A program made the translations under genes and the position numbers. From assembly GCA_021776525.1 (NCBI GenBank), contig JAJFFT010000004.1, positions 344,499-408,498 on the forward strand: DNA of 64,000 nucleotides, written 5' to 3'. Source of the stretch: Robiginitomaculum sp. (GTDB taxonomy: Bacteria; Pseudomonadota; Alphaproteobacteria; Caulobacterales; Maricaulaceae). The notes under the pieces are model-generated. The model was not told the DNA's origin, made no database searches, and worked only from the letters and a program-made list of their open reading frames with translations. Positions 35,354 to 46,940 of this stretch are shown here, in pieces (the stretch's first letter is position 1; each line of letters begins with the position of its first letter).

Positions 35354-37062
35354 TGGCCGGTGCAGGGCGTTATAACACCCCACTTGCGGACGTAGAGCGC
35401 ATTGATGCCGCTGATTTATTTGCTATTTCCGGGTCGCAACGGGCGGCGGTGCGCACCGCGCGGCCGCGCATTATTGCGGTGGCGCTGGCATTTGTGCTGG
35501 CCTATGGTGTGTTGGTTGCCCGTTCGGTCGAGCTAACAATTTTTAGTCATCAGACCGCGAAGGTCAGGATTGCTGCTCCGACAAAAAAGGCAGTCCGTGC
35601 CAAGCTGACAGACCGCAACGGGGCCTTGTTGGCCTCAAGTATCGAAACCTATTCCGCGCTGGTTGAACGCGCTAATGTGCGCGATGCAGCCAAGCTGGCC
35701 GCACAATTGACCGGTGTGAAGGGCTTGGCCAGCCCGGAAATTCTAAAAGCCCGTCTTGAAGGCGAGCGCGGCAGCGCCCGGCTGGGCCATCGTCTGACCC
35801 CGGCCAGCCGCGAGGCAATTTTTTCACTTGGCTTGCCGGGGGTTGAATTTACCACCCAGCACACGCGGTATTATCCGCGCGGTGAATTTGCGGCTCATGT
35901 GCTGGGTTGGGTCAAGGCCGATGGTACTGGTGTCGCCGGTGCTGAGCGCGCCTTTGAAGATGAGCTGATGGACGGCAAGACAAAGGCGCTGGCCTTGTCG
36001 ATTGATACGCGGGTTCAGTTCGCACTGGAGGGTGAACTGAAAAAAGCCATGAGCGAATTTCGCCCAAAGGCGGCACTGGGCATTGTCACCAATGTCAAAA
36101 CTGGCGAGGTGCTGGCTTTGGCTGGACAGCCGCTTTTTAACCTCAATACACCCGGCAAGGCATTGCCACGCGAGCGCCGTAATCGCGCCGCAACTGATCG
36201 GTATGAATTGGGTTCGGTGTTCAAGCCGATCACGCTGGCTATGGCGTTTGATCAGGAGTTGATTGAACCAGATGATATGTTTGATGTGGTGAGCCCCTTG
36301 ATCGTCAGTACCTTGAAAATCAACGACATGCACCGCAATCACCACGCGCTCAGCGTGCGCGATATTCTGGTTGAATCCTCCAACAAAGGGGCGGCAATGA
36401 TTGCCCTGAAGGTTGGCGGGGAAAAACAACGTCAGTATCTGGCTGATTTTGGTCTTCTGGATGCGGCCAGAATAGAACTGCGTGAAAGCGTGCGTCCTTT
36501 TATGTCATCCAGAAAATGGCGGCCGGTTAAAACCGCGACCATTGGTTACGGGCACGGCCTTACGGTGACGCCATTGGCTTTTGTGCGGGCCATGGGGGCG
36601 CTGGCCAATGGTGGCCGTTTGGTGCCGTTGACATTGCGGGCCAGAGACCCGGATTATCGCCCCGAAGGGCGCAATATTATCAGCCCCAGAGCGGCGCAAA
36701 CCGTGATCGACATTATGCGCGAAGTGGTCACCGACGGCACCGGTCGTCGCGCCAACATCAAAGGCTATGATGTGGCCGGAAAAACCGGCTCAGCGGAAAA
36801 ACTGGACCCCGTCACCAAGCGTTACGTCAAGGATCGTAATATTTCTTCGTTTGTGGCTGTTTTTCCGGCGCACAAACCGCAATATCTGGTGTTTATTTTA
36901 CTGGATGAGCCAAAGGGCGATGTGCGTACGTCCGGCTGGGAAACCGCCGGGTGGAATGCCGCGCCGGTGACAGGGCGGTTGATCAGCCGCATAGGGCCGA
37001 TTTTGTTGCCGCGGCCATCGCGGGACAATCTGCTGGCCAGTATCGGGGAGACAAACCCGTGA
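35353..37062 (+). CDS. ftsI: peptidoglycan D,D-transpeptidase (PBP3)
   Basis: 569 aa with a PBP dimerisation domain and a transpeptidase domain carrying the SVFK (SxxK), SSN and KTG motifs. Confidence 0.9.
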   Translation: MAGAGRYNTPLADVERIDAADLFAISGSQRAAVRTARPRIIAVALAFVLAYGVLVARSVELTIFSHQTAKVRIAAPTKKAVRAKLTDRNGALLASSIETYSALVERANVRDAAKLAAQLTGVKGLASPEILKARLEGERGSARLGHRLTPASREAIFSLGLPGVEFTTQHTRYYPRGEFAAHVLGWVKADGTGVAGAERAFEDELMDGKTKALALSIDTRVQFALEGELKKAMSEFRPKAALGIVTNVKTGEVLALAGQPLFNLNTPGKALPRERRNRAATDRYELGSVFKPITLAMAFDQELIEPDDMFDVVSPLIVSTLKINDMHRNHHALSVRDILVESSNKGAAMIALKVGGEKQRQYLADFGLLDAARIELRESVRPFMSSRKWRPVKTATIGYGHGLTVTPLAFVRAMGALANGGRLVPLTLRARDPDYRPEGRNIISPRAAQTVIDIMREVVTDGTGRRANIKGYDVAGKTGSAEKLDPVTKRYVKDRNISSFVAVFPAHKPQYLVFILLDEPKGDVRTSGWETAGWNAAPVTGRLISRIGPILLPRPSRDNLLASIGETNP

Positions 37063-38504
37063 AACTGGCACAACTTGTTACCGACCCTAAAAGTCTGCCC
37101 GCTGATCTGAACATTACCGGCCTGACCGCGGACAGCCGTCAGGTCAAGCCGGGGTTTTTATTTGCCGCCATTCCTGGTGTGGCCATGGATGGTCGCGATT
37201 TTATCCCCAGCGCCGTTAAGAATGGCGCAATTGCAATTCTGGCGCCTGCCGGTACACCAAATCCCGGCGTGCCAATGCTGGAATGTGATAACCCGCGTCA
37301 TGATCTGGCGATGATGGCGGCCCGGTTTTACCCGCGCCAGCCCAAAACCATCATTGCGGTGACAGGCACCAATGGCAAAAGCTCTACGGTGGAATTTTTA
37401 CGCCAGATATGGTCTTTTGCAGGGCGTTCCGCGGCCTGTCTTGGTACTTTGGGTGTAACCACAGATAAGGGGCTGATCCCTTTGCATCACACCACGCCCG
37501 ACCCGGTCAGCCTGCATCATGCGCTCGATGCTCTGGCGCGTGATGAGATAACCCATTTGGCGCTTGAGGCCTCCAGCCATGGTCTGGAACAAAGCCGGTT
37601 GGATGGTGTGCGGATTACTCAGACCGGTTTTACCAATTTATCACAAGATCATTTTGATTATCACGACGGGTTCGAGCCGTATTTTGCGGCCAAGGCGCGG
37701 CTTTTTGAGGGCCTTGCCCCGGGTGGTTCATCAGCCGCCATTTTGGCGGATGGGCCTTGGGGAACACGCATGGCAAAGTTGTGCCGTGATCAGGGCTTGG
37801 ATGTTCTAAGCGTGGGTTGGCAGGGCGAAGATATTCAATTGTGCGAGCTGCACCCACTGGCCAAAAGCCAGACTTTGACGTTGAGTATTTCGGGTGCACT
37901 GCATTCTGTTGAACTGCCTTTGGCCGGTGAATTTCAGGCCCTGAACGCCATATTGGCATTGGGGCTGGCCTTGCAAAGCGGTGTGGTGTTGGATGTGGCG
38001 CTGGACGCCTTGCGCAATTTGCACGGCGTACGTGGCCGGATGGAGGCCGTGGGGGCCACGCAAGGCGATGCCCCGGTCTTTGTCGACTTTGCGCACACCC
38101 CTGATGGCCTGGACAAATTATTGCGGGCGCTCAGACCTCATACGGTGGGCGATATTCATCTGGTCTTTGGTTGCGGCGGTGATCGCGATCCTTTGAAACG
38201 CCCTAAAATGGGTAAAATTGCCACTGAACTGGCTGATCATGTGATCGTCACAGACGATAACCCGCGCCATGAAGACCCGGCGCTGGTTCGCGCTGCCATT
38301 TTGCAGGCGTGCCCTGGTGCGGTGGAAATTGCCGATCGCAAAGCCGCCATTGAGGCCGGCATATTGGTGCTAAAAAAAGGCGACGCACTGGTGATCGCCG
38401 GCAAAGGCCACGAAAGTGGTCAAATTGTCGGGGATCAGCGCATACCCTTTGATGATGCGGATATTGCTCGGGCCATACTGGCCGGGACTGCGGGTGCATC
38501 ATGA
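37059..38504 (+). CDS. murE: UDP-N-acetylmuramoyl-L-alanyl-D-glutamate--2,6-diaminopimelate ligase
   Basis: 481 aa from a GTG that overlaps the ftsI stop. It has the P-loop GTNGKSS and the DAP-specific DNPR motif (VTDDNPRHEDP). The track ORF start at 36951 lies inside ftsI. Confidence 0.93.
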   Translation: MKLAQLVTDPKSLPADLNITGLTADSRQVKPGFLFAAIPGVAMDGRDFIPSAVKNGAIAILAPAGTPNPGVPMLECDNPRHDLAMMAARFYPRQPKTIIAVTGTNGKSSTVEFLRQIWSFAGRSAACLGTLGVTTDKGLIPLHHTTPDPVSLHHALDALARDEITHLALEASSHGLEQSRLDGVRITQTGFTNLSQDHFDYHDGFEPYFAAKARLFEGLAPGGSSAAILADGPWGTRMAKLCRDQGLDVLSVGWQGEDIQLCELHPLAKSQTLTLSISGALHSVELPLAGEFQALNAILALGLALQSGVVLDVALDALRNLHGVRGRMEAVGATQGDAPVFVDFAHTPDGLDKLLRALRPHTVGDIHLVFGCGGDRDPLKRPKMGKIATELADHVIVTDDNPRHEDPALVRAAILQACPGAVEIADRKAAIEAGILVLKKGDALVIAGKGHESGQIVGDQRIPFDDADIARAILAGTAGAS

Positions 38505-39889
38505 CCGAGGCGTTATGGACCGCCATTGAAACAGCACAAGCCACTGGCGCGGCTCTGGTTGATGGGAGCGACTGGCAGGCCCATGGCATTTCCATTGACA
38601 CCCGCAGCCTGTCTTCGGGCGATTTGTTCGTGGCATTGCATGCCGAGCGCGATGGTCATGATTTTGTTGCCAAAGCCTTTGACGTTGGTGCCGCCGCTGC
38701 ACTGGTGGATCATGCTGTTGGTGGTGGGCCGCAGGCGTTGGTAGAAGACAGCCTGATCGGCTTGGCCCGTATGGGTATTTTTGCCCGCGAACGCGCCAAA
38801 GCACACCGGGTGGCGGTTACCGGTTCGGTTGGCAAGTCAAGCGTCAAGGAGGCCATAGCGGCGATTTTTGAAGCTTTGGGCTTTGCTCATAAATCTGAGA
38901 AATCCTATAATAATCATTGGGGTGTGCCGCTGTCTCTGGCCCGAATGCCCCGACAGACCAAACGCGCAGTTTTTGAAATCGGCATGAACCATGTGGGCGA
39001 AATTGCGCCGCTGACCGATATGGTGCGCCCCCATGTGGGCATTGTCACCCGGCTGGCTCCGGCGCATATGGAAGCCATGGGGACCATGCAGGCAATCGCC
39101 GAGGAAAAGGCGCAAATCTGGTCGGCAATGGCGCAAAACGGTGTTGCGATAATTCCTGCCGACGACCCTTATGCTGATAAATTGATGACATTAGCGCGCA
39201 CGCACAAGGCCTCGCGCATTGTGACCTTTGGTCATATGCACAGCGCCGATGTTCAGGTGACGGCTTTTGAAACTGGCCCGAATGGATCATCTGGAACCAT
39301 GAATATTTTTGGCGAGGCTCATGATTTTCGCCTGCAGGTCAGCGGCACGCATTGGGCCACCAATGCAGCAGCGGCGGTTGCTGCGGCGTTGTTTTGCGGC
39401 GTTAGCGCCGAGGAGGCCATTGCCGGTCTGGCGCATTTAAAACCTTTACCCGGTCGCGGCGGCGCGAAGCAGATTGTTGTGCCGGGTGGTCATGCAACTC
39501 TTCTGGATGATGCATATAACGCCAACCCGGTTTCCATGGCGGCGGCGTTGCATACTTTGGGGAATTGGCCGGCAAAACGGCGTATTGCGGTGCTGGGCGA
39601 TATGTTGGAGCTGGGCGACGAGGCCCGCCGTTATCATGAAGAATTAAGCTGGAGCATAGAACAGGCCGGTATTGATCAGGTCTATTGTACCGGACCACAC
39701 ATGCAGGCGCTGTTTTCCAGCTTGCCGCAAAGACGACAGGGGGGATGGTTTGAAAATATTGATGATCTGGTGCACGCCCTTCACGATATGGTAACACCCG
39801 GTGATGTCCTTTTGCTCAAAGGATCCAACGGCTCGCGCATTCATCAGATTGTTGGTGCGCTTTCCTCTGCCACTCCTAGCGAGGCCTAA
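38501..39889 (+). CDS. murF: UDP-N-acetylmuramoyl-tripeptide--D-alanyl-D-alanine ligase
   Basis: 462 aa (GSVGKSS P-loop, DAYNANP). Confidence 0.93.
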   Translation: MTEALWTAIETAQATGAALVDGSDWQAHGISIDTRSLSSGDLFVALHAERDGHDFVAKAFDVGAAAALVDHAVGGGPQALVEDSLIGLARMGIFARERAKAHRVAVTGSVGKSSVKEAIAAIFEALGFAHKSEKSYNNHWGVPLSLARMPRQTKRAVFEIGMNHVGEIAPLTDMVRPHVGIVTRLAPAHMEAMGTMQAIAEEKAQIWSAMAQNGVAIIPADDPYADKLMTLARTHKASRIVTFGHMHSADVQVTAFETGPNGSSGTMNIFGEAHDFRLQVSGTHWATNAAAAVAAALFCGVSAEEAIAGLAHLKPLPGRGGAKQIVVPGGHATLLDDAYNANPVSMAAALHTLGNWPAKRRIAVLGDMLELGDEARRYHEELSWSIEQAGIDQVYCTGPHMQALFSSLPQRRQGGWFENIDDLVHALHDMVTPGDVLLLKGSNGSRIHQIVGALSSATPSEA

Positions 39890-40996
39890 ATGCTCCATTA
39901 TTTTCTCTTCCCACTTGCCGACCAGTTTCAGCTTTTTAACGTGTTGAAATATATATCATTTCGCTCTGGCGGCGCGATGATGACCTCGATGATTCTGGCC
40001 TTCATGTTTGGCAAGCCGATCATTGATTGGCTGCGGATTAAGCAAAAACACGGCCAGCCGATCCGCGAGGATGGCCCCGAACGCCACATTATCGAAAAGG
40101 CTGGCACCCCGACCATGGGCGGCGTGTTGATCCTGTTTCCAGCAGTGCTCAGCACCATTTTGTGGACTGATCTGAGCAATATTCATATGTGGATTGTACT
40201 GGGCATATTGATCAGTTTCGGGCTGATCGGTTTTGCCGATGATTATACCAAAGTGACCAAGCGCACTCATGCCGGGGTTTCTGGCCGCCTGCGCCTGCTG
40301 ATCGAATTTATTGTCGCCGGTGTGGCGGTCTATGTCATGGCCGGTCTGGCATCAGGCTCAGCAACGGCGCCGGCCGGGTTCTCATCCTCTGTGGCAATCC
40401 CGTTTTTCAAGGACGTGTTGATCAATCTGGGTCCGTTTTATGTTTTGTTTGGAGCTTTTGTGATTGTCGGGGCTTCGAATGCCGTCAATCTGACCGATGG
40501 CCTGGATGGCCTGGCCATTGTGCCGGTGATGATTGCGGCGGGCTCATTGGGCCTGATTGCCTATATCGTTGGCCGGGTGGATTACACCGATTACCTGCAA
40601 TTGCCCTATGTGCCAGGCACATCCGAGCTGGCCGTTGTGGTTGCGGCGCTGCTCGGCGGCGGGCTTGGCTTTTTATGGTGGAATGCTCCGCCGGCAATGA
40701 TTTTTATGGGCGATACCGGATCGCTGTCTCTGGGTGCCGCCATTGGTGCTATTGCCGTTTCTGTCAAACACGAAATTGTTCTGGCGATCATTGGTGGTCT
40801 GTTTGTGCTGGAGGCCGTCTCGGTCATTATTCAGGTGGCCTCGTTCAAACTTACCGGCAAGCGGGTGTTCAAAATGGCACCCATCCACCATCATTTTGAA
40901 AAACTGGGTTGGGCCGAACCAACCATCGTTATTCGCTTTTGGATCATTGCGGTTGTGCTGGCTCTGGTTGGTCTTGCAACGCTGAAACTACGTTAG
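39890..40996 (+). CDS. mraY: phospho-N-acetylmuramoyl-pentapeptide transferase
   Basis: 368 aa, polytopic ([35 protein letters not shown]). Confidence 0.97.
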   Translation: MLHYFLFPLADQFQLFNVLKYISFRSGGAMMTSMILAFMFGKPIIDWLRIKQKHGQPIREDGPERHIIEKAGTPTMGGVLILFPAVLSTILWTDLSNIHMWIVLGILISFGLIGFADDYTKVTKRTHAGVSGRLRLLIEFIVAGVAVYVMAGLASGSATAPAGFSSSVAIPFFKDVLINLGPFYVLFGAFVIVGASNAVNLTDGLDGLAIVPVMIAAGSLGLIAYIVGRVDYTDYLQLPYVPGTSELAVVVAALLGGGLGFLWWNAPPAMIFMGDTGSLSLGAAIGAIAVSVKHEIVLAIIGGLFVLEAVSVIIQVASFKLTGKRVFKMAPIHHHFEKLGWAEPTIVIRFWIIAVVLALVGLATLKLR

Positions 40997-41004
40997 GAAA
41001 CACT

Positions 41005-42423
41005 GTGATTGCCGCCACCGGGTTTGCGCAAAAAACCGTTGCTGTAATGGGGCTGGGCCGAACCGGCCAGAGTGCCGCCAAGGCTTTGGTGGCCGGTGGT
41101 GCACAGGTGCTGGCCTGGGATGATAATGCTGATAACCGCGCCGCGGCCGAAGCCGCCGGTATTGCCTGTCAGGATATTGCCAAACGCGACTGGAGCGACA
41201 TTGCTGCGCTGGTGTTGTCGCCGGGCATTGCCCACACACACCCCAAGCCGCACCATGTGGTTGAACTGGCCCGCGCCGTTGGTGTGCCGATCATTGGTGA
41301 TACAGAGCTTTTTGCGCTGGCCATCAATGCGCTTGCCGAAAAGGATCGCCCTATGGTGTTCGGAATTACCGGCACCAATGGCAAGTCCACAACGACGGCA
41401 TTGCTGTCCCATGTATTGCGCGAATGTGGCCATGACGCCCATGCGGGCGGCAATATCGGCACGGCCTGTCTTGATCTTCCCGCGCCGCATCCGGGTAGCG
41501 TTTATGTGTTGGAGCTATCCTCCTATCAGTTGGAACTGACCTCAAGTCTGCGTTGTGATGGTGCCATATTGTTGAACGTGTCGCCCGATCATCTGGATCG
41601 TCATGGCGGAATGGACGGATACAAAGCCGCCAAGCGCAGGATCTTTGACAACCAGCGAAAAGATGATGTGGCGATTGTCTCTATGGATGATACCCATGCG
41701 CAAAACATCTGCATGAGCCTGATGGCGCAAAACGTGGTGAAGCTTGTCCCGATTTCTGCGCAAGGCATGCTCAGCACGGGCATTTCGTTTGCCGCGGGAA
41801 AAATATATGAATCCAATGCCCATGAGACCAAAATGCGTGTTGATCTTGATGCCGCTCCGGCGCTGATAGGGCGGCATAACGGGCAAAATGCAGCGGCGGT
41901 TTTTGCTGCGGCACGCCATGCGGGTCTGGCCGCTGATGCTATTGCCGCCGCAATGTACAGTTTTTCCGGTCTGGAACACCGTATGGAATACATTGGCACG
42001 GTGGGGGGGGTGCGTTTTATCAATGATTCCAAGGCCACCAATGCCGATGCCGTACATCAGGCGCTGGCCACCTTCGAGAATGTGTTCTGGATTGCCGGTG
42101 GTCAGGCCAAGTCCGGTGGTCTGGATGGTCTGGAGGCCGATCTGGACCATGTCCGCGCTGCCTATTTAATTGGCCAGGCCCAAAATAACTTTGCCAAACA
42201 GCTCAAAGGCAAGGTCGAGGTGCACCGCTCTGGCACTTTGGATGCGGCGGTTGCGGCGGCTTTTCTGGCGGCGCAACAATCAGGCTTGCATGATCCTGTG
42301 GTTCTGCTGTCTCCGGCCTGCGCTTCATTTGATCAGTTTGCAGATTTCAAAGCCCGCGGCGAAGCCTTTCGCAACTGTGTTGCCGCCCTTGAGGCCCCCA
42401 AAGAACACAAGAGGCCGGCATGA
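41005..42423 (+). CDS. murD: UDP-N-acetylmuramoylalanine--D-glutamate ligase
   Basis: 472 aa from an in-frame GTG just after the mraY stop (VAVMGLGRTG Rossmann motif, GTNGKST). The track start at 40909 overlaps mraY. Confidence 0.93.
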   Translation: MIAATGFAQKTVAVMGLGRTGQSAAKALVAGGAQVLAWDDNADNRAAAEAAGIACQDIAKRDWSDIAALVLSPGIAHTHPKPHHVVELARAVGVPIIGDTELFALAINALAEKDRPMVFGITGTNGKSTTTALLSHVLRECGHDAHAGGNIGTACLDLPAPHPGSVYVLELSSYQLELTSSLRCDGAILLNVSPDHLDRHGGMDGYKAAKRRIFDNQRKDDVAIVSMDDTHAQNICMSLMAQNVVKLVPISAQGMLSTGISFAAGKIYESNAHETKMRVDLDAAPALIGRHNGQNAAAVFAAARHAGLAADAIAAAMYSFSGLEHRMEYIGTVGGVRFINDSKATNADAVHQALATFENVFWIAGGQAKSGGLDGLEADLDHVRAAYLIGQAQNNFAKQLKGKVEVHRSGTLDAAVAAAFLAAQQSGLHDPVVLLSPACASFDQFADFKARGEAFRNCVAALEAPKEHKRPA

Positions 42424-43547
42424 ACATGATCTCGCGGTCCATACAGTATTTCGCCGGTGCCTTGCGTGACTGGTGGTGGAGTGTTGACCGGGTTCTGGTT
42501 CTGACATTTTGCATTCTGATCGCCGTTGGTCTGGTTCTGTCTTTGGCGGCCAGTCCCGGCGCAGCGGCGCGATTGCGCATTGCTGATCCATTTTACTTTT
42601 TCATCCGCCATAGCGTTTTTGCCATTGCCGGGCTGAGCATTATGGTCGCGGTATCGCTGGCCGATCCGGTCAATGCCCGCCGTTTTGCCAATCTTGTAAT
42701 GGTTGGCGCCTTGCTGGTCATGGTTTTCATCATTTTTGGTGGCCATGAAGCCAAAGGGGCACAGCGTTGGGTCCGTCTCGGCCCGTTCAGCCTGCAACCT
42801 TCCGAGTTTCTAAAACCCGGTCTGATCGTCACGGTGGCCTGGCTTTTTTCTCGTGCCAAAGCCAAAGGTTCGCCAACCATGGCGTTGGCCTTTCTGGCGC
42901 TTGGAACCTCGATCTTATTGCTGATGAAACAGCCCGATCTGGGGCAAACGGTGCTGATCACTGCCAGCTTCGGTGCCGTATTTTTTCTTTCGGGTATGTC
43001 ATGGTTGTGGATCATCAGTATGGGCACGATCAGCCTTGGCGGGCTTTATGCGGCCTATTCATTCTTCCCCTACATTGCGGCTCGCGTACAACGGTTTCTG
43101 GAACCTTCAGGCGACGGTAATTCGCAAACCGAGCGGGCGTTTAACGCGCTCACTGGCGGCGGCGTTTTTGGTCGTGGTCCGGGTGAGGGGGTGATCAAAT
43201 GGAATTTGCCCGAAGCTCAGACAGATTATATTTTTTCGGTCGCTGTCGAAGAATATGGAACGTTGGCGGCGCTGTTTATTATTGGGCTGTTTTCCATCAT
43301 TCTGTTTCGCGGTTTTTCCAGCGCCTTTCGGCTCACTGACCAAACAGAACAGTTGGCAGTTGCAGGCCTCACGGTGTTGATCGGCTTGCAGGCGGCCATC
43401 AATATTGCCGTGAATTTGCATATTTCCCCGCCAGAGGGCATGACCTTGCCTTTCCTGTCTTATGGGGGGTCGTCCATGTTGGGTATGTGCATTACGGCGG
43501 GCTTATTGCTGGCCTTTACCCGGCGTCGCCACGGCGCGTTTGAATGA
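42420..43547 (+). CDS. ftsW: SEDS-family peptidoglycan glycosyltransferase FtsW
   Basis: 375 aa, 10-TM SEDS pattern (LQPSEFLKP, TDYIFSV, PPEGMTLPFLSYGGSS). Confidence 0.93.
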   Translation: MNMISRSIQYFAGALRDWWWSVDRVLVLTFCILIAVGLVLSLAASPGAAARLRIADPFYFFIRHSVFAIAGLSIMVAVSLADPVNARRFANLVMVGALLVMVFIIFGGHEAKGAQRWVRLGPFSLQPSEFLKPGLIVTVAWLFSRAKAKGSPTMALAFLALGTSILLLMKQPDLGQTVLITASFGAVFFLSGMSWLWIISMGTISLGGLYAAYSFFPYIAARVQRFLEPSGDGNSQTERAFNALTGGGVFGRGPGEGVIKWNLPEAQTDYIFSVAVEEYGTLAALFIIGLFSIILFRGFSSAFRLTDQTEQLAVAGLTVLIGLQAAINIAVNLHISPPEGMTLPFLSYGGSSMLGMCITAGLLLAFTRRRHGAFE

Positions 43548-44626
43548 GTAAAACCATTATCCTTGCCGCTGGCGGAACCGGTGGCCACATGTTCCCGGCG
43601 CGCGCACTGGCCGAAGAATTGCGCACGCGCGGCTGGCGCATAGTGTTGATCACTGATGCGCGCGGCGCGGCGCTTTCCGATGGTTTTGACGATACGGAAC
43701 GCCACGTCATTCCGGCGGCGCGGTTGAACAGTCGGAACCCGCTTCGGCTGCTTATGGGTGGTTTTGCACTGTTGGCCGGGATTATCAAAAGCCTGTGGCT
43801 GATCATGAGAACCCGGCCCCAACTGGTTGCGGGGTTTGGTGGCTATCCATCTTTTCCGGCGCTGGCGGCTTCGTGGCTGGTGTTTCGTCCCATTGTTTTG
43901 CATGAACAAAACTGTGTTCTTGGGCGCGCCAATCGGGTGTTTGCCAAACGCGCGGCAATCATTGCCAGTGGTTTTGATGATCTGGATAAATTACCGCCAT
44001 CGGCACAGGCACGCCACACAGTCACCGGCAATCCATTACGGGCCAGCATTGTGCAAAAAATGGATATTGCCCCATCCGAGACGGATGAGCGGCTTAATCT
44101 GCTGATCCTGGGCGGTTCGGCCGGGGCACGGATATTGGGCGAGTGCGTACCGGCGGCTTTGGCACTTCTCCCAAAATCGCTGCAAAACCGCCTTGATGTG
44201 GTCCAACAAACCCGCGAAGAGCAATTGAAAAGTATCAAAGAGATTTATGCGAAGGCCAATATGAACGCCGAATGTGCCCCTTTTTTTGCTGATGTGGCTG
44301 ACCGGATGGTGGCCGCTGATCTGGTTATTGCGCGCGCTGGTGCGTCCAGCGTTTCTGAAATCGCAGCACTTGCCAAGCCCAGTATATTGATCCCGCTGGC
44401 CATTGCCATGGATGATCACCAAACCCGCAACGCGCAAACTCTGGCGGGGGCAGGTGCCGCCGATGTGATTTTTGAGGAAGAACTGACCCCGCAAAAACTG
44501 GCCGCATTGATTGCTGCACGGCTGGGTGATCCGGATGATCTGGCCCGCCGCGGCGCCGCGGCGCGGGCGCTGGCCAAGCCTGATGCAGCCGGAACATTGG
44601 CAGATTTAATCGAAGATTTGGGATAA
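43544..44626 (+). CDS. murG: undecaprenyldiphospho-muramoylpentapeptide beta-N-acetylglucosaminyltransferase
   Basis: 360 aa ([22 protein letters not shown]). Confidence 0.95.
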   Translation: MSKTIILAAGGTGGHMFPARALAEELRTRGWRIVLITDARGAALSDGFDDTERHVIPAARLNSRNPLRLLMGGFALLAGIIKSLWLIMRTRPQLVAGFGGYPSFPALAASWLVFRPIVLHEQNCVLGRANRVFAKRAAIIASGFDDLDKLPPSAQARHTVTGNPLRASIVQKMDIAPSETDERLNLLILGGSAGARILGECVPAALALLPKSLQNRLDVVQQTREEQLKSIKEIYAKANMNAECAPFFADVADRMVAADLVIARAGASSVSEIAALAKPSILIPLAIAMDDHQTRNAQTLAGAGAADVIFEEELTPQKLAALIAARLGDPDDLARRGAAARALAKPDAAGTLADLIEDLG

Positions 44627-44631
44627 GAGCG

Positions 44632-46038
44632 ATGCGTAAAGACCTGCCCTTTGATATTGGTATTGTGCATTTTGTCGGCATTGGCGGCATTGGTATGAGC
44701 GGCATTGCCGAGGTGATGATCAATCTGGGTTATCAGGTTCGCGGGTCTGATATTTCTGATAATGCCAATGTCCAGCGCCTGCGTAAAATTGGCGCCGACA
44801 TTCGCATCGGCCATGGCCCGGAAAATATCGACGGCGTTGGTACGGTGGTCATCTCAACGGCCATATCGGGCAGTAATCCAGAGGTTGATGCGGCCCGCGC
44901 TTTGGGCATACCCATTGTGCGGCGCGCCGAAATGCTGGCCGAATTGATGCGTCTGAAATGGTCGGTGGCCATTGCCGGAACCCACGGAAAAACCACCACA
45001 ACGTCGCTGGTTTCGGCACTGCTCGATGGTGCGGGGCTGGACCCCACGGTGATCAATGGTGGGGTAATCTCGGCCTATGGATCAAACGCCAAGCTGGGCG
45101 GCGGGGACTGGATGGTGGTCGAGGCCGACGAATCCGATGGCTCGTTTTTAAAATTGCGCGGCGCGGTGGCGGTGGTCACCAATATTGATCCTGAACACAT
45201 GGAGCATTATGGCAGCTTTGACGCCCTGCGCGCGGCTTTTGATCAATTTGTCGAGGCCATTCCGTTTTATGGTTTTGCGGTTCTATGCCTGGATCATCCA
45301 GAGGTGCAGGCGCTGGTGGCGCGGGTGCGCGATCGCAAAGTGCTGACCTATGGTTTCACACCGCAAGCCGGCTCGCGTATCGAAAATGCGCGTACTGATA
45401 ACGGCAATGCGGTTTTTGATGCGGTATTTGCCGGCACAGATGAGCAAAGCGAAACCCGCTGGGACGCCATGGTGCTGCCTATGGCCGGTGACCATAATAT
45501 CCAAAACGCCATGGCCGCCATTACCGTGGCGCGCGAACTGGGCGCCGACGAGCAGAGCATACGCCGATCATTGGCCGGGTTTTCAGGGGTCAAACGGCGT
45601 TTTACCCGTGTTGGCACATGGAATGGCGCCGCCATCATTGATGATTATGGCCACCACCCGGTGGAGATTGCTGCGGTTCTCAAAGCAGCGCGCAGCATCA
45701 CATCAGGCAAGGTCATAGCCGTAGTGCAACCGCACAGATTTTCGCGCCTGCATGATTTATTCGAAGAGTTTTGCACCTGTTTTAATGATGCCGATATGGT
45801 CTTTGTGGCCCCTGTCTTTCGGGCCGGGGAAACCCCGATCGAAGGCATGGATGCGGCTGGCCTGGTTGAGGGGCTTCGGACCCACGGTCACCGCCATGTT
45901 CAACAGACCGAGCGTGAAACGCTGGCCCAGTCCATAGCCGCCAGTGCCCAGGATGGCGACATTGTTTTGTTCTTGGGTGCTGGTGACATCACCCACTGGG
46001 CCGCTGCATTGCAAAGCGAGCTGGAGGCCTTGGCTTGA
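44632..46038 (+). CDS. murC: UDP-N-acetylmuramate--L-alanine ligase
   Basis: 468 aa ([32 protein letters not shown]). Confidence 0.95.
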   Translation: MRKDLPFDIGIVHFVGIGGIGMSGIAEVMINLGYQVRGSDISDNANVQRLRKIGADIRIGHGPENIDGVGTVVISTAISGSNPEVDAARALGIPIVRRAEMLAELMRLKWSVAIAGTHGKTTTTSLVSALLDGAGLDPTVINGGVISAYGSNAKLGGGDWMVVEADESDGSFLKLRGAVAVVTNIDPEHMEHYGSFDALRAAFDQFVEAIPFYGFAVLCLDHPEVQALVARVRDRKVLTYGFTPQAGSRIENARTDNGNAVFDAVFAGTDEQSETRWDAMVLPMAGDHNIQNAMAAITVARELGADEQSIRRSLAGFSGVKRRFTRVGTWNGAAIIDDYGHHPVEIAAVLKAARSITSGKVIAVVQPHRFSRLHDLFEEFCTCFNDADMVFVAPVFRAGETPIEGMDAAGLVEGLRTHGHRHVQQTERETLAQSIAASAQDGDIVLFLGAGDITHWAAALQSELEALA

Positions 46039-46940
46039 ACGGCCCGGCCATCGCAAAACGCCTGCCTGCGGTGCGCGGGAAACTGCTTTTTGATGTGCCG
46101 CTGGCCCACTATACATGGCTGAGGGTGGGCGGTCCGGCAGAGGTTCTTTTTCTCCCTGCCGATGAGGCCGATCTGGCGCTATTTCTGGCGGCCTGCCCGC
46201 AAGATATACCGGTTTTTCCTTTTGGCGTGGCCTCTAACCTTTTGGTGCGTGATGGCGGGGTGCGCGGGGTTGTGGTGCGACTTGGGCCATCTTTTTCTAA
46301 AATTTCCATCAAGGGCGCCAAGGTCCGCGCCGGGGCGGCGGCCCTGGATAAATCCGTGGCCAAAGCGGCCGCCAAAGCTGGCCTGACTGGATTGGAATTT
46401 TACGCGGGTATTCCGGGTACCATTGGTGGGGCCTTGCGTATGAATGCCGGTTGTTATGGTCGCGAGACTGTGGATTGCGTGCGCCAGATTATTGCTATTG
46501 ATCGACTGGGCAGGCGGGTTGTGAAATCGGTTGATGAAATGGGTTACGCCTACCGGCACAGCGATGTTCCGGCGGATTGGATTTTTGTTGAAGCCGTATT
46601 CGAGGGTGCGCGGGATGATCCGGCGGCAATTTTGGCACGTATGGATGAGATCACCGCCAAACGCGAGGCCAGCCAGCCAATTCGCGAAAAAACCGGCGGT
46701 TCAACCTTTGCCAACCCAATTGGTGCCAGGTCATGGGAACTGATTGATGCAGCGGGCGGGCGCGGACGCCGGGTGGGCGGTGCGCAAATGTCTTCGCAAC
46801 ATTGTAATTTCATGATCAATACCGGCAATGCCAGTGCTGCGGATCTTGAAAATCTTGGCGAACGTATTCGTGCTGATGTCCGCGCACAAAGCGGTATAAA
46901 CTTGCGTTGGGAGATCAAGCGGGTGGGAGAGCAACCATGA
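46035..46940 (+). CDS. murB: UDP-N-acetylenolpyruvoylglucosamine reductase
   Basis: 301 aa with an FAD-binding domain ([32 protein letters not shown]). Confidence 0.95.
   Translation: MNGPAIAKRLPAVRGKLLFDVPLAHYTWLRVGGPAEVLFLPADEADLALFLAACPQDIPVFPFGVASNLLVRDGGVRGVVVRLGPSFSKISIKGAKVRAGAAALDKSVAKAAAKAGLTGLEFYAGIPGTIGGALRMNAGCYGRETVDCVRQIIAIDRLGRRVVKSVDEMGYAYRHSDVPADWIFVEAVFEGARDDPAAILARMDEITAKREASQPIREKTGGSTFANPIGARSWELIDAAGGRGRRVGGAQMSSQHCNFMINTGNASAADLENLGERIRADVRAQSGINLRWEIKRVGEQP

Noticed and set aside
36951-37058. Upstream extensions of murE (36951), murD (40909), rsmE (57850), ddl (46907), narK1 (6580), narK2 (8265) and the porin (16846) as given by the ORF track.
   Set aside because: The extensions overlap the preceding genes or lack a Shine-Dalgarno. 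Internal starts restore the canonical N-termini and the stop/start coupling.
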